A DNA stretch of 63,486 bases, counting the filler. It is 13 parts of 13 records of this genome, joined end to end, with 100 filler letters (N's around TTAATTAATTAA, not from the genome) between each part and the next. Parts side by side here need not be neighbours in the genome. Positions count along the whole stretch, not along the records: positions 1 to 12,705 come from SRR9670534_1353; positions 12,806 to 17,981 come from SRR9670534_1361; 11 more parts are not named here. The stretch is one strand, 5' to 3'. Position numbers and translations under genes: made by a program. This document shows, in pieces, positions 1-13,690 of the stretch; the first letter of the stretch is position 1; each line of letters opens with the position of its first letter. The notes beneath the pieces are model-generated. The model did no database searches, was not told where the DNA came from, and was given only the letters and a program-made list of their open reading frames with translations.

Positions 1-175
1 AAAAAAAGTTCTTTTTTGAAGCACCCTAGTGCTTACATTACTTATGTACACGTTGGTGTCGATTATTACAATAATTATTCTATTAATAATGAATACTACA
101 GTTACCGTAGTGCGGTATGTAAATTACACTAATAGTGAGTCACTAGTAGTGACTATATTATTATTATTGTTGTAG

Positions 176-1111
176 TAGTGAAGGATTTATTTATGATAAG
201 GAAGCTATCTTAGAGTACATTGTTGACCAGAAAAAAATCATAAAAAAGAATCTAAAGAAATATGAGGAGTCAAAAGAACATAAAGATCGAAAACGACAAA
301 CCTTACAAGCTGAAGAATTTTCAGCAAAGAAACAAAAGTTTTTGGCAGTTGAAGACAGATTTACTGCCAACGAATTAGTTTCTGCAAAACCCAAGTTTAA
401 AGGCGATGTTATAACAAAGCATTTCAAAAATTATGACGATGAAGAAGATTTAGATATAGCAGATAGACCCAAAAACGAGGAAAAAAAGGAATCTGCTGTA
501 AAGGCAAAGGATGATAAACTTAACAGCTTTTGGATTCCTAGCATGACACCACAGCAAGAAGAATCCGACCTGACAAAACCGGTGTGTAGTAATTTTATTA
601 TTAAAGCAGCGTAACTTCCAACTAGTTCTATATTTTTAAGTCAACCCAAGTTCGTTGCCCAATGAGTGGAAAAGTTCTAAAGTATAAAGACTTAATGCCA
701 TTAAAGTTTACTTTGAGAAAGGGCTTGGATTCAACTGACCATAAAGCTCTCTTGGGCAGCAGTGGTGATTCAAGATATGTTTGTGCTGTAACTGGTGATC
801 CCTTGACCAACACAACGAAAGTGGTCTTTCTGAAAACTAGTGGAAACGTTGTCACGTTGAGGTGTTTTACCGAAATTATTTCTAAGGACATGGTTGATCC
901 CACCAACGGAAAATCTTTAAAAGTTGAGGATGTTATAGAATTACAGAGGGTTTGTTATGTTCATTTTATTACTTTATTTAAAAATTAAAAATTTACTTTA
1001 TTTTAATTATTTTATAAATAAAATATATTATAGGGAGCCACTGGATATGCTGGTGCAGGAGGACAGGAATTGTCAGGTATACGTAAAGCAGTCGCCATGC
1101 AAGCGTTATAA
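176..1111 (+). CDS. NOSIP: Nitric oxide synthase-interacting protein, 5'-partial; exons ~176-581, 641-949, 1034-1111
   Basis: Spliced translation gives EGFIYDKEAILEYIVDQKK, LNSFWIPSMTP, VRCPMSGK, RYVCAVTGDPLTN, DMVDPTNGK and IELQR|GATGYAGAG, all hallmark NOSIP motifs. GT-AG introns preserve the frame. Confidence 0.93.
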
Positions 1112-1459
1112 GAACAGAGACATCTGTATGTAAAAAGCTTCGGAATTTCCGTTACCATTGGTTTTTCTATTGTATATAATAGTTTTAGTTTTGGTTATAT
1201 AAGTACCTTTATTGTGTTCTATTATTAAACCTTAGCTTATAAGATATAAATGTAATGACTTAGTACTTCTGCTCGTATCCCTTCAAAGATAGTTGTTGAG
1301 CTTTGTTAATTTTGGCTGCTTCTTAGCTGCATATAAGTAAACTATGCCACTCTTTTGTAAATATTTGTTCTTGTACTCTTTTGAAACTTGTCAGGTGACA
1401 CTTATTTGGTGAATATTAAGTAACGTCATTTATTACTATTAATATAACATAAGGCTGCG

Positions 1460-3085
1460 ATGTTTCACCATGTTTCTTCTCCCCCCTTGACTGTAAACGT
1501 ATTACGGCAACTTTGTGGTATACAATATCGTATTGATTTATCATGGAATCTAATGAGGAGAAAATTGTCGAACTATTTTGCAAAAGAGGAAAAATGGTAT
1601 GTAACATCCTTTGATATGATCTTGATTAAAATATTATTTTCATTTATTAATAATATGTAATACGTATTCACAGCTGAGTGACGTAACAAGAAAATTTGTT
1701 ACTGATTCGGAGTTACTTGAGAAAATCCCATCTGATTACACAGCTTGGAAAACTAAATTGCAGAATTTTGACAAGCTTTGTATGTTATGTTTGTTATGAT
1801 TGCAATTACTGTTACCTTATTGTTTGACAATGCTGCTTTGTTTAGATGGACAACTGAAAGATTTTATAGTGGACATTGATATGTACGAAAACCAAATTCA
1901 AGAGTATGTTCCGAAAACCGTTCAAAGAAATGACAATATTGATGTTCTTTACAAATCCAGAGTAATGGTTTCTGTTTCATTAAAGAAAATGAATAAATAT
2001 CAGGAAGAACTATCAGATTTAGTAGTTTCTTCTGGAAATTTTATCTTAAATGTTAAAGAGATACGAAAGGTAAGCATAGTTAAATTTATAAGATGTTAAA
2101 CCTGTTTGCAAACATACCTATTAGGTATTACCTAATCAATATTAATTAGGATATTTTTCATCTGAAGCAATTAGTAATTAATGCATTTCCTTCTGATGTA
2201 ATTCTGTTAACGCGTTATTACCGCTTAATCATCGACAAGATAGGGAAATTACGGAAGCAATGTCAGAAGTCTTTAACCTTGTTATACCAGATGCAAGTTT
2301 TAGAAACTGAATGTCATAGCTTAATTAAATTATTTTCTGAACGTGTGAAAAAGGAGAATGATGACTTTACTCATAAGGGAACAGTCTCGTGTAGATGGAT
2401 TGAAGAGGTATGATGGTATATTTAAGTACTTTCCATTTAAGATAGCGTTTTTTTCAAAGGTTGTAGAAGTAGTAGAAGAGGAGAATTTACAGTGGACGGC
2501 TGAAACATTCTTCACAACCAAAAGGTAGAAATTGTTGCAATGAACATTAAAATATTGAAATTAAATCAATAATATTTATCATACTATTCGAATATAAATA
2601 TTGATAATGGTAACACAATATAATATAATAATTATGTTATAACATTATAATTTTTAACAGAGGTTATGGCAAAGAAGATGAATTTATTCAGTTAATGATG
2701 GAGCATATCAAAGGCGTCGTGTATGCCCTGGAAGTCCTTGCCACTGAGTGGGCATATAATTTTCATAATCAAAAAGAGGCCTCTGGTAAATAAAATAAAG
2801 TAAACCATGAAGATTTTGCTATTTTTGAACCATAAATTTGACACAGTTGCAATGGCAAGTAAATGCCAGCATATGCGAATCAACAAACGCATCTGTACTA
2901 CGCATAGTAGTAGGGTTTTTGGATTGTGTGGATGTCTAAGCTATTAAAGCTTATTGTTAGCTGTACAGTCCTAATAATAAATTATGATATTGGTTTTCAA
3001 AATATTTAAAAACATAACTTATGATCCTGGTTATACTGAACCAGATCGCTTGGATTGCAAAGGAAGGGATTTTTCTTATTATTAA
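1460..3085 (+). CDS. Uncharacterised multi-exon helical/coiled-coil protein (3' end uncertain: 2793 or 3085)
   Basis: A chain of frame-compatible exons with GT-AG boundaries: ~1460-1600, 1674-1778, 1846-2069, 2150-2407, 2442-2523, 2661-2785, possibly 3045-3085. I recognise no family motif. Confidence 0.55.
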
Positions 3086-3634
3086 GGTGCCCTATGCTAT
3101 TAATGATAATTAATATTAGAATATACTATTGTTGCTGTCTTGAACGTGAAAAACAATATATGGTTGTTCCTTTTTATCCCCATAGTGCACTTTTTCTATG
3201 TGCTAAGGAAACTTATGAATAACTTCATCTATTTAGAAAATTATTATTAATAATAACTTTATTTTTTTTTAAATATTAAAGCATTTTATTTTTAAAGTGT
3301 GTTTTATGTTTTATTTTATTGTTTTCTTTTTTGTTTTATTTTAATTTTTATGCTAAGGAACAATATTCTTGAGGGGCTAAAGTTAGCCGCTAAACTTTCA
3401 AAGTTGACACAAGTAATACATTATTATATTGTAATAATGTAGAACATGCATTGTGTTTATGTATTATATTGCATATTTGCTTTGTATTACACACAATAGA
3501 TCTTATTTAATACCAGTTTCATCGCTTCATTTATTGTAAAAATGCTATCCACCAGTAACCATATACAATTATTTTCTGGTTAAGCATCTATGGTACAAGC
3601 GGCATTGGCATAATATTTACTATTGCTAATATTC

Positions 3635-6071
3635 ATGGAATTTAAAACATTGGCACTAGTTTTTTCAGCTGTTGTTATAGCAGCCTTCAGTATAATCTGG
3701 TTTTATTACCGTGACACATCAGAAAGAAGATTGAAATCCCCTAATATTATACTTTTTCTTGCGGATGATTTAGGTTATGGAGATTTGCCAATGTATGGAC
3801 ATCCCACGACAGAATCGCCAAATATTGATAAACTTATGGCCAATGGCAAATGGTTTACCCAGTTTTACAGTGCCAGTTCTCTTTGTACTCCTTCTAGGTA
3901 TTTATAATCCATTTTCATCCTATGTAGGGTATTTATGAACCGTTTATTATTAAGATGACTAATTGTAAGAGTTGGAATAATCGAGGCTAAGTTACATCTA
4001 ATAACATCATAGGCAGAAACGCTGACGTTTTGTGTTCGGCGATGTTGTTGTATTGTATTGATATGTGTACTGCACACTTTGTAAACACTATTCTAATTTG
4101 TAATTAATGGATTTTAAATTTCAGAGCTGCCTTACTAACAGGAAGATACCAAAGTAGGTCTGGCATTTATCCAAGAGTATTTTTTCCTGGAGCATTATCT
4201 GGTTTACCTAGAAAGGAAAAAACATTAGCTGCATTGTTGAAGGAGAAAAATTACTCAACTGCAATTATTGGAAAATGGCATTTAGGCTATGGTGAAAATT
4301 TTACTCATAATCCACTTAATTATGGCTTTGATTATTTTTATGGATTTTCTGAAAGCCATGATATGTGTGACTTTGAAAATACCAATTGCTTCTATCCAGA
4401 AGAAAGCTGCTCTCATAGATCTTATATGCATGATGTTCAACGTGAAAAATTTCCCATAATCTTTGAAAATCCCTGTTCTTTATTTGAAAATTTTGACATT
4501 GTTGAACAACCAGCCAATTATGTAGATCAAACAGAAAAACAAATTATTAAAGCAATTGATTTCATAAAGAGAAATTCTGATAAACCATTCTTTTTGTATT
4601 TTGCATTATTACAGCCACACTTCCCACTTTTTGTCGGACAGATGTTTCACAACAAGAGTGTTCGAGGTGAGTCTAACCTGGTACTTAATCAGATTGAATT
4701 AGTTCATTTTACAATTAACTTATACTAATTACTAAATGAATCAAAGTAAATAAAGATTCATTTTATAAACTTTGAAAATAGGTGTCTATGGTGATGTTAT
4801 TTTGGAAATGGATTACATAATAGGGCAAGTTATGAATGTTGTTGAGGAGATTGGTTTAAAGCATGAGACCTTTACGATATTTGCTTCTGATAATGGGTGA
4901 ATATTCTTATTGTAGTTATAAAATTATTGATCGCAACTGATTATTAAATATTATAATTATAATTAACTACTGGTATCAAATATATATGCTAGTCATTTAA
5001 GCCTTTAAAATCAAATATTAAAAGTTTTAATCAAAATTATTATGAACTATATAATTATCATCAAATGATTTTGAATGATTGGTTACATAATGTAATTTAA
5101 ATATAGCCATTCTCAGCAGCATTATTTTACTCACATTGTTAGTAGCAGTATATTGTATATCTGAGGCAAGTGACAACAGCCTGTAAATAACTGAGTTAAA
5201 ATTAGAATAAGTAAATAACATTAGTTAGAATTACTCATATATGACTATATTTTAATGCAATAGTCCAGAGATGATTTCTGATATGAATGGGGGAACAGCT
5301 GGACTTCTAAGGTGTGGCAAATGTTCTACTTATGAAGGTGGTACTAGAATTCCTGCAATTTTCCATTGGCCTAATAAAATTATACCTGGTACAGGCTGTA
5401 CCATACAGCTCATTATTATTTGTATTAATAACAAATTTATCCAAAACAAGATGTCACTATTGTTGGTGGCACTATGGATCTTGCCATGTTAAATCTTGCA
5501 TTATTAAATGACTATCCATCAATTTAAATTACAAACATTTTTAGGAAAGTCTTTTGAACTTGGTTCCTTATTAGACATTTTTCCTACTATTGCTGCACTG
5601 ACTGATATTAAGCTTTCTGAAGATGTACCAATAGATGGCAAAGATCTTTCAGCCACCTTATTTGACCAGACAAAGAATGTCAGAAAGACAATTGAATACT
5701 ATCCAACTGGTAGCAGCATGAGTGAGAACTGTGGAATTTTTGCAATGAGAGATCAAAGATACAAAGCTCACTTTTATTCTGAAAGTCAATGGGCACCAAA
5801 TGATCATCCAGATCCTGCTTGTAAAAGAAACTTAACTTTGACAGTTTATGATCCCCCTTTACTCTTTGATCTACTTGCAGATCCTGATGAACTATATAAC
5901 ATTGCAATGGAACATCCTGATGTTATTGAAAAAATGCTAAAAATGAAAAAAGAATTTGATTTGCAAATGACATGGGGTGAATCTGTAACTTTAAAAGGAA
6001 ATGATCCAAAAATTTTGCCTTGCTGTAACCCTGGTTGTTCTCCTTTCCCATCATGTTGTTCTTGCAATTAA
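3635..6071 (+). CDS. ARSA: Arylsulfatase A-like sulfatase (5 exons)
   Basis: [15 protein letters not shown], formylglycine motif [46 protein letters not shown], and an ARSA-type Cys-rich tail [16 protein letters not shown]. Confidence 0.88.
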
Positions 6072-7927
6072 AATTGTTCTTACTAGTGATTATTATAGGT
6101 AATTAGTTGGCTGATTTGAAATAGGTTGTAGATTGTTAATTTAATAGGTAACTATGTACTACTAGTTGGTACAATATAGAATAAGTTATGATTGATAATC
6201 AATCCCAAGCTAAGTAAGTTGTCAATTGTCAATAATATTGTAATTGCAATGATATTGGAATAGATGTCAGTTGCATACTTATACCATGACAAAATGATTC
6301 TAGCTTTATTTCTTATCAAACGATGATACAATGAATTAGTATGATACAATCATTGAGAATCATTGCCAGCTAATACATTACTAATTCACTACTGGTAATT
6401 ATTAATAATTATTTTTGATTTTATATTATCATTATATTATATTATAATCATTACATTAACTACACTTATTATTAAATATAATTAATTATAAATTCTGCAT
6501 GCTGATTACACTATAGTATAGTTAGTATGCAGTATTATTTATTATTATTAATTTTAATATAATATTAAAGGCATCGATAATATCATTTTCTCATACAGTT
6601 GGTCAGAAGGCTGTCAATTGCCCATTGTTTTCAATGGGAAATTATTATATCACTATATGTTATAACATAGTCATTTTGGCTCTATGTTAATCCAATAATG
6701 TCATTATTAGTAATTCTGGCTACAAGTCATTTGTGAATAAAAAATATAGGCCTAAATGGCAGTAATGACCAAAAGTTTGAAAGAACAAATATTTTATAAA
6801 TATATTTCAAACTGCTGTGGATTTTTAAAGTTTGACAATGTAAACTTATTGTACCTATACAATAAGTAGCAATATGCATCAAGTAATTCACTAAATTTAT
6901 TAAAGTAGTACTTCAGCAGTTCAAAAAAAACAAACACATAGATATTTAAAGTTACTTGAATTCTAGATTTGAGTAGTTTACTGTCTTTCATTGGATCATT
7001 CAATAAAAGTAGTCTACTCAGTAAACTCTACTGTCTTTTATTAGATCTTCAGAGTAACTAGGCAACCAGGATGAGTCATATTCTGCTGGCATGTCTTAGG
7101 AATTCCATTAGAATGCATGAGAAGAGGTGCCACAATGAAAAAATCTTATAGGTATCCTATATTAGCCAATATGATTACCACTACTACATAGTATGTAGCA
7201 CTTACTAATAATTTATTAATAATTATTTGCTATAGCAAATGACTATTAACAATATTACTATAGTAACTTTAATTTATAGTATTTTCCAATACTCGGTGTC
7301 AGTGAGGATTTGACATTGTACAATACAATAAGTAAGCACTAGAAAGGAGACCTTATTTTAGTCCATCTATGTAATAGATTCTGATGATTAAAAGACTAAT
7401 AAGTGACTAGTACCTATTGATCAAGGCTTGATCATCAAGCATGTGGCTTTTATATTCAAAAAGCCTAGGCTATGATGGTAACATAAAATAAACAAAACTT
7501 GGTCCTTTGCATCAACTAATTGTAAGTAGTGAACATTTGTGCTATTTTTAAAATCTTAGATTAAAATAAAGTATAACCTTGAGTAAAACAAGTTGTGTTG
7601 ATACTTCTATTAATAAGTTCATCATAAGTACACATGTGTTTAAAGGGAAAATGAATGCGTATGTTTATTTATTATTATGAATTTTGTCATTTGGTTATTT
7701 TTGTCATTGATAGCTGATGGATATAAGTTAGGGCCAAACTGTTCGTAGCCAGAACTGTTTGTGTCAGTCATTTGCTAGCTTGAGAGAAGCAAGCTAAGGT
7801 TTCCGAAACCAAGCTAAGTTTAGTTGTGCCCCAAGTGGAAGATTTCGGTAAGACCTCTATCCCTTAGCATTTTATATTTGTTAGTATTCCTAACCCCTTA
7901 TTTAGCTATTTTTTTTGTAGAAATAAC

Positions 7928-10900
7928 ATGGCTTCTCCGAGTGCAACTACTATCAGTACTGTGGCAGTACAGGCCGGTGATAGCAAAATTGTAGTTGCTA
8001 TACTAAAGGTGATTTTTCTGTTCGTAGCATTTGTTAGCAATAAGAGAAACTTCTTAATAAAATGTAACAAGCTTTACATTTAGGACATTTAGGTAGTTTA
8101 GTAATATTTCAAGTTATAAATGGTATTAAAATAATAATAATTGAATAATATTACAGTAATGCAAATATTGTATAACTTATTGAATGCTTATTTAAAGTAA
8201 TAAAACCTCAGTTCCTTCATGAGCTTAATTAAATTTTAACATTCATAATTTCAGAGCACAGAATGGATTAAATTGAAAATTCAAGATATGGACCCAGATT
8301 TCCTGGAGATTGGTTCCAAGTTTGAAGAGAGTGTGAAATTAAGAGATCAACATTCTAGCTTAGTTGCTAGCTTAAAAGTATAACTTATTACTTGTTACCA
8401 ATAATTAGATGTTACGATGTTACGATAATAAGATGTTATAACATATAGAATATAATAAGATGGATTCTATACCCGGTATAGCGCCTATCGCTATAGAAAG
8501 CGCTTTGGTATACCAAAGTAGTGTAGTACTATTACAATAGCACTTATTATTATTATTAAATACATATTGTAGTACTTATTATTATTATGTAGTATTATAG
8601 TATAAGTACTATTGTATTATTGATGCTTAATAATAATATTATTATATTCTAATAAGTACGGTTCCTAGTAATGAGATTAGTTACTACGGTGTGGTAAACC
8701 CATTGCATTTACAATTTGTAGGCGTGCGTGTACGTTTTTTTCAAGTGCACTGTATATTGTACTTCAGTTGATACATATTGTATCACGAAGGGATCAGTGT
8801 TTTTGATAAAAGGAAAAGCGTTTTAGTGGAGTTAGGCTATATGTGTAGCGAGTTACATAGGACTTTGTACTATATTATTCATAATAATTACATCATTTAG
8901 TAGGTTTTTTTTTGGTCATTTTAACGTACATTTTAATGTACTTGTGTATATTATGTATGTCCGTCTTAGAAAAAAGAAGGCCAGATTCGCGATTTATTGG
9001 TTAATGCAGATAAAGATATGGCTCAACAAAATGCCGATCCAACTCTGTATGAGGCAATGGCCGCCTCACTTGCCCAGGCTTGGGTAGAATTGAATGATAT
9101 TTTAAACTATCGTACAGAGTTATTGGAATTAGCTGTTCATTTTAACGAGGCTGTACAACAGGTACATAATATATAATATTGATGGCATAGCAGTACATAT
9201 AACATACTACTAATAATATCATAAGAGCAATTCCATTATGCAATTTGTAATCGATCATAGTTCCAGCAAAGAACTGAAGAAGCAAAAAACAATTTCGATA
9301 AAATTACTGTGAGTGTTGATAGAAATCAAGCCGAACTCCTTTTACAGCAGCATTTACAAATCAAAAAATGTAAGTGTTCGTGTTGTTGGTAATAATACTA
9401 TTATAGTGAAGAATGAAATTTGTTTTTTTTTGTATTATTAATGATTTGTTACAAGTAATTTATTGATGATTAGTAATAATAAGTTATTTGATTTGTTTAA
9501 CGATTTGCAACATGTGCCGCCTCAGAAATTCTGCTTGTAGAAAAATAATTGATTCCTCCCGCGGGCCACGGCGTTTTTTCTCTTTTTTTTTGCACGCCGC
9601 TTTAGTTTGTATAGTTTGGCAATCTAGCAGATTGTGTATTAATATTGCATTTGCATTATAATTATATTGCATAAATATAGCAATGTACTTTTAGCTATTT
9701 TGGAAAGTTCAAAAAAGACGTTGGAATATGGTCAAAGGTTATTAGACTCTATTCGAAATGCAAGTGAAAAGATTGATTTTCACAACAAACACGCTACAAC
9801 TGCAGCATGTTATGGCATTGAAAGTTTGATGGAAACTTTGCATGATAAGCGCAGAGTTCTAGAGGAAGCTTGGATTAAAAGAAAAATTTCATTAGAGCAG
9901 TGTGTTCAACTTTCTCATGTACAAGCAGATTTGAGCAAAGTATGGGTTTTTCAGACATAATTACTATAGTAATGTAAACACTAACGTAAACATACATATT
10001 CAATGCCTTTTAGGTGGTGCAATGGCTAAATGCTGCTGATGAATCACTGAAACAAGCTTTTAATTTAGGAAACAGTGAGATTGAGGCTAATAACCTTTAT
10101 ACGATTATTTTGCAAAATGAACAGAATGCTAAGGTATGAATTGTAGTAAAGTATCGTAGCATTCTTTTATCAATGAAAAAAATGGGCGTGGCTATAAATT
10201 CCTAGAATACTTACATTAATAAATCGAAAAGTATGCGAAAGTATACTTTTTAGGAGACGCAATTTATACTGTTACGTTTAATTAAACGTGTTGACGAACT
10301 AGTCCATACTGGATGCAAAGAAGCAAATAATGCTCAAAAGGAAGTACTAGAAGTCAGTCAGAGATTTCAGAAAATAGCAACAAGTTTGGAGCATAGAAGA
10401 CAGCTGCTGGCTGACTCTGGTAGCTTTTTCAAAAAAGCCAATGATGTACGTAAAAATAAATTGTAGTTTCCTAATAATAACACTGATGTCATGCTGTCAC
10501 AGGCTACTATTTTCAGTGCTTCAAAAAGCTGGAGGATATTGAATCTCAATTGAGGCCAGAACATCTTCCGCAGGACAACGAAAGCCAACAAAAGTATTTG
10601 GAACAGTTGTTAGTGAAGATTGCCGAATGTTCGACTGGATGTGTTTGTGAAGGTCAATCATTAATCCAGAGAGCGGGTAGACATGAATCTGCAACGGCAG
10701 GCGTAGAGTCCTTTTTAAATAGGATTCAATCTAAGTCTGCTGAACTTAGCACAGCTTGTAAGACTAATAGACCTGATCAAGAATTTGTGTCTAAATATAC
10801 TTCGGTAAAAGCACAATAATTATTCATTACTTATATCATACATCTAATAAGGAAATTAATATTTATGAATACTAATACCTATAAAACAAATTACTTACTG

Positions 10901-12373
10901 TATTACTGGTATTGATGAAATAAAGATTTTATCTTGTTTTGCATTTCTTATTTTATAGATTTACAGTTGGTTCGTATCAATCAACCAACTTCTTACTTAT
11001 TATACCACATTTGGAGATGATCTAATAGGTGCCTTTGATTTTGAAGCAGCTCATACGAGAGCTCTGTCTGAAGTCCAAGTACGTAGTTATATTATTAATT
11101 AATAGGCCTATTATCAATAAGTATGGTTTATTTTTCACATGCAATATTAAGAAATGATTTATTGTTAGTGTAAGTATTACATATGTTATGAATTTGAGTC
11201 TTATTATCCAGAAGATGAATTTCATAGTTTGTAAGACTACGTACACTATATGGAGCATCGCTAGTAGCATTATAGGAAAAATATGGCTTCTTAGCGTAAA
11301 TGATCGAATTGACATGCCGTTTATTTCAGTCGATTGTTATGCAGAGTCAAATTTTGACAAAGTTGAGCAGTGATTTGCCTGATCCGGGGAGAGAACATAG
11401 GCAGCGAAAAGCGAGTGACGTAGTGGTCAATCTAGAAAAGTACGCGGCTGCAATGCGAAATCGACTAATATTGGTCAAAGACTATATACACTGCATTAAG
11501 ACATTTGAAGCGGTAAGTGCATTTCATGATTGCATCTACGTATTTGAGAACAATTAATTTAGTTAATTGTTGAACTGGATTGTATTTGCCAAAATTTTGG
11601 TGGTAGTAGAGATGAAGTGCACATCTACATTGACAGCGCTGAAATTCATGCAGAGAAGTCGTGGCTTTCCTTGCAGCAAAGAGTTGGAGAATTTAAAAAT
11701 GCTTGTGAAACGCTAAAGACTGCTAAGATACATAGTGTATGGATCTATAACGTAGTCAATTGGCTTAAGTTTATTATTAATAATAAAAATATAAAAAACC
11801 AGGTGTTTAGCTTCAACTTGATGATAAGTTTATTACTACTGGAGTGATCGAGAAGTTAGATCAGATAAAGAACGTCATCAGTCATAGAGCCAATGAGGCT
11901 AACACCAGGTATATGCAGTGGAAGGATAGGATACAGAATTGCAAAAGTTTTAAAACAGAATGGAACAAATTTCTGATTGAAGCTAGAAAAGTATGTTTGC
12001 TTGTGAAATTTCTTTTAATCTTGAGATAGCAACATTGTTAACCTACTGCAATTCCAATTTTTTGTTGCTTCATTTACATTTTATCTTGTTTACTAAGGTC
12101 ATATCTACAGCTATGCAAATTGAACATAATTATTTCCCAAAAATTTCTGGTGAACTTGGAGACTCTTCTACGTCGTGCGATCAATTAGAACGAAACATAC
12201 ACCAATTTTTACCTAAAGTGAAGGTAATTCGTTTCATAATTTTATAGCTAATATCTGTAATGGATGAGCTTGAAGTAGAGGCATTTATGTGTAAATTTGG
12301 TAACATGCCTGGTGATTTGCAAAGTTATGATTATTTCATGGAGGAAGTACTTCAGCATGAAAAATTTTGGAAG
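7928..12373 (+). CDS. CCDC141: CCDC141-like spectrin-repeat/coiled-coil protein, 3'-partial (many exons)
   Basis: First exons translate MASPSATTISTVAVQAGDSKIVVAILK|STEWIKLKIQDMDPDFLEIGS...YEAMAASLAQAW, closely matching the CCDC141 N-terminus (SSVAVQAGDSKIVIAVIK, LLEIGSS, YDAMAETLGEAW). Spectrin-like helical exons follow. Confidence 0.82.
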
Positions 12374-12705
12374 GTTATAGTGTTACTATTTATTTAACTG
12401 CATGACCTGGTCAAAATTGTCAAAATCCAACCAAAATGACATGCTTTTAAAGTTATTATAGCCATGTCCATCTATACTTTTTAAGAGCACGGGTGTCAGA
12501 CATGTTTTTGACAATTTGCATGTAGGTTTGCATGTAGGTGTACTTTTATTGGTACTATTGAATGTCCTTTATATTATTAAGACTCCTTATTATTAATAAC
12601 GTTTAAAACAACAAAAAGATGTCGCTATTATAGGTCTTTTTAATAATAGTGAGAATTTCTCTCATGTTGTAGCTATTATGATAACCATATTTTAACGTTA
12701 GTGCT

Positions 12706-12805
12706 NNNNNNNNNNNNNNNNNNNNNNNNNNNNNNNNNNNNNNNNNNNNTTAATTAATTAANNNNNNNNNNNNNNNNNNNNNNNNNNNNNNNNNNNNNNN
12801 NNNNN
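12706..12805. other. Artificial contig-joining spacer (N44-TTAATTAATTAA-N44); 12 copies in the window
   Basis: Identical 100-bp blocks start at 12706, 17982, 23755, 28086, 33086, 37411, 41993, 44698, 52655, 56004, 58359 and 60921. The core has stop codons in all six frames. Confidence 0.98.
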
Positions 12806-13690
12806 TCTGGATAGCCCTTTCACAGTGGAGAGACTAATGTAAGTACTATTATAAACTAAATTTAGAGTGTAAGTGCAATTGCGAGGAACATATTCAATCT
12901 GTAGAATGACCATAATGAGCGGCTACAAGAAGCACTCAAAGCAAAGACATAGCAATTGCACTGAATAACAACTATGAACTTTTCACACCTTCAAACTACT
13001 TTGTATTCTGAATAGTAGATAGAGTTTCTGTTTGTTCTATGCTTACTGCTGTTATTTTAGAATAAAAGGTATGCAATTACGTTTATTTATATTTTGCATT
13101 CCAAATTTAATTCACTGTTCAAAAAGAGCTTCAAATGAGTGTAAATAAATCAGTACATAGGTACATGAAAAATTGATAATATCTTCATGACAGAAATTCC
13201 ATGATTTTCAGTAAGCAGTGACATCTTGTTTTGCATTACAGATGAATATTTATTATAATTCATTGGATGGAAATTCTACATATATAAATTCAAACTATGA
13301 ATAGACTGAACCCTTATGAACATTATTTGCATTTCTGGATATACTTAATAACCAACAAAAAGCTATTACTATTATAATAATAAGTGAAAATATGGTATAT
13401 AGGACGCCTTCTGAAATAGTATCAGATTCATGTATTTATTCGATATTTCCACCAAAGATTGATGAAATTTGCATAATCATTGTAATTTAACTCGTTAATT
13501 AATAACAACAGCAAAAACAAAAAAATAATAGCAGCCTATACCAAATACCTAGTCATATTTGCAACAAATACAAAATAATAAACGATCATTAGTATAACTA
13601 AATGTGCCAAAAGTCGTTAATAAGACAAAACCTTCTTATGTAACAGTAGTTTTTATTACCTAGCCAAAATTTAAAAAAACAATCTATCAT

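Noticed and set aside
7730..7860. Small hairpins (TAGCTTG/CAAGCTA, GGTTTC/GAAACC) upstream of the CCDC141-like gene as an ncRNA
   Set aside because: The stems are short, and a CG|GTAAGA donor followed by TTTTGTAG before the ATG suggests an ordinary 5' UTR exon.
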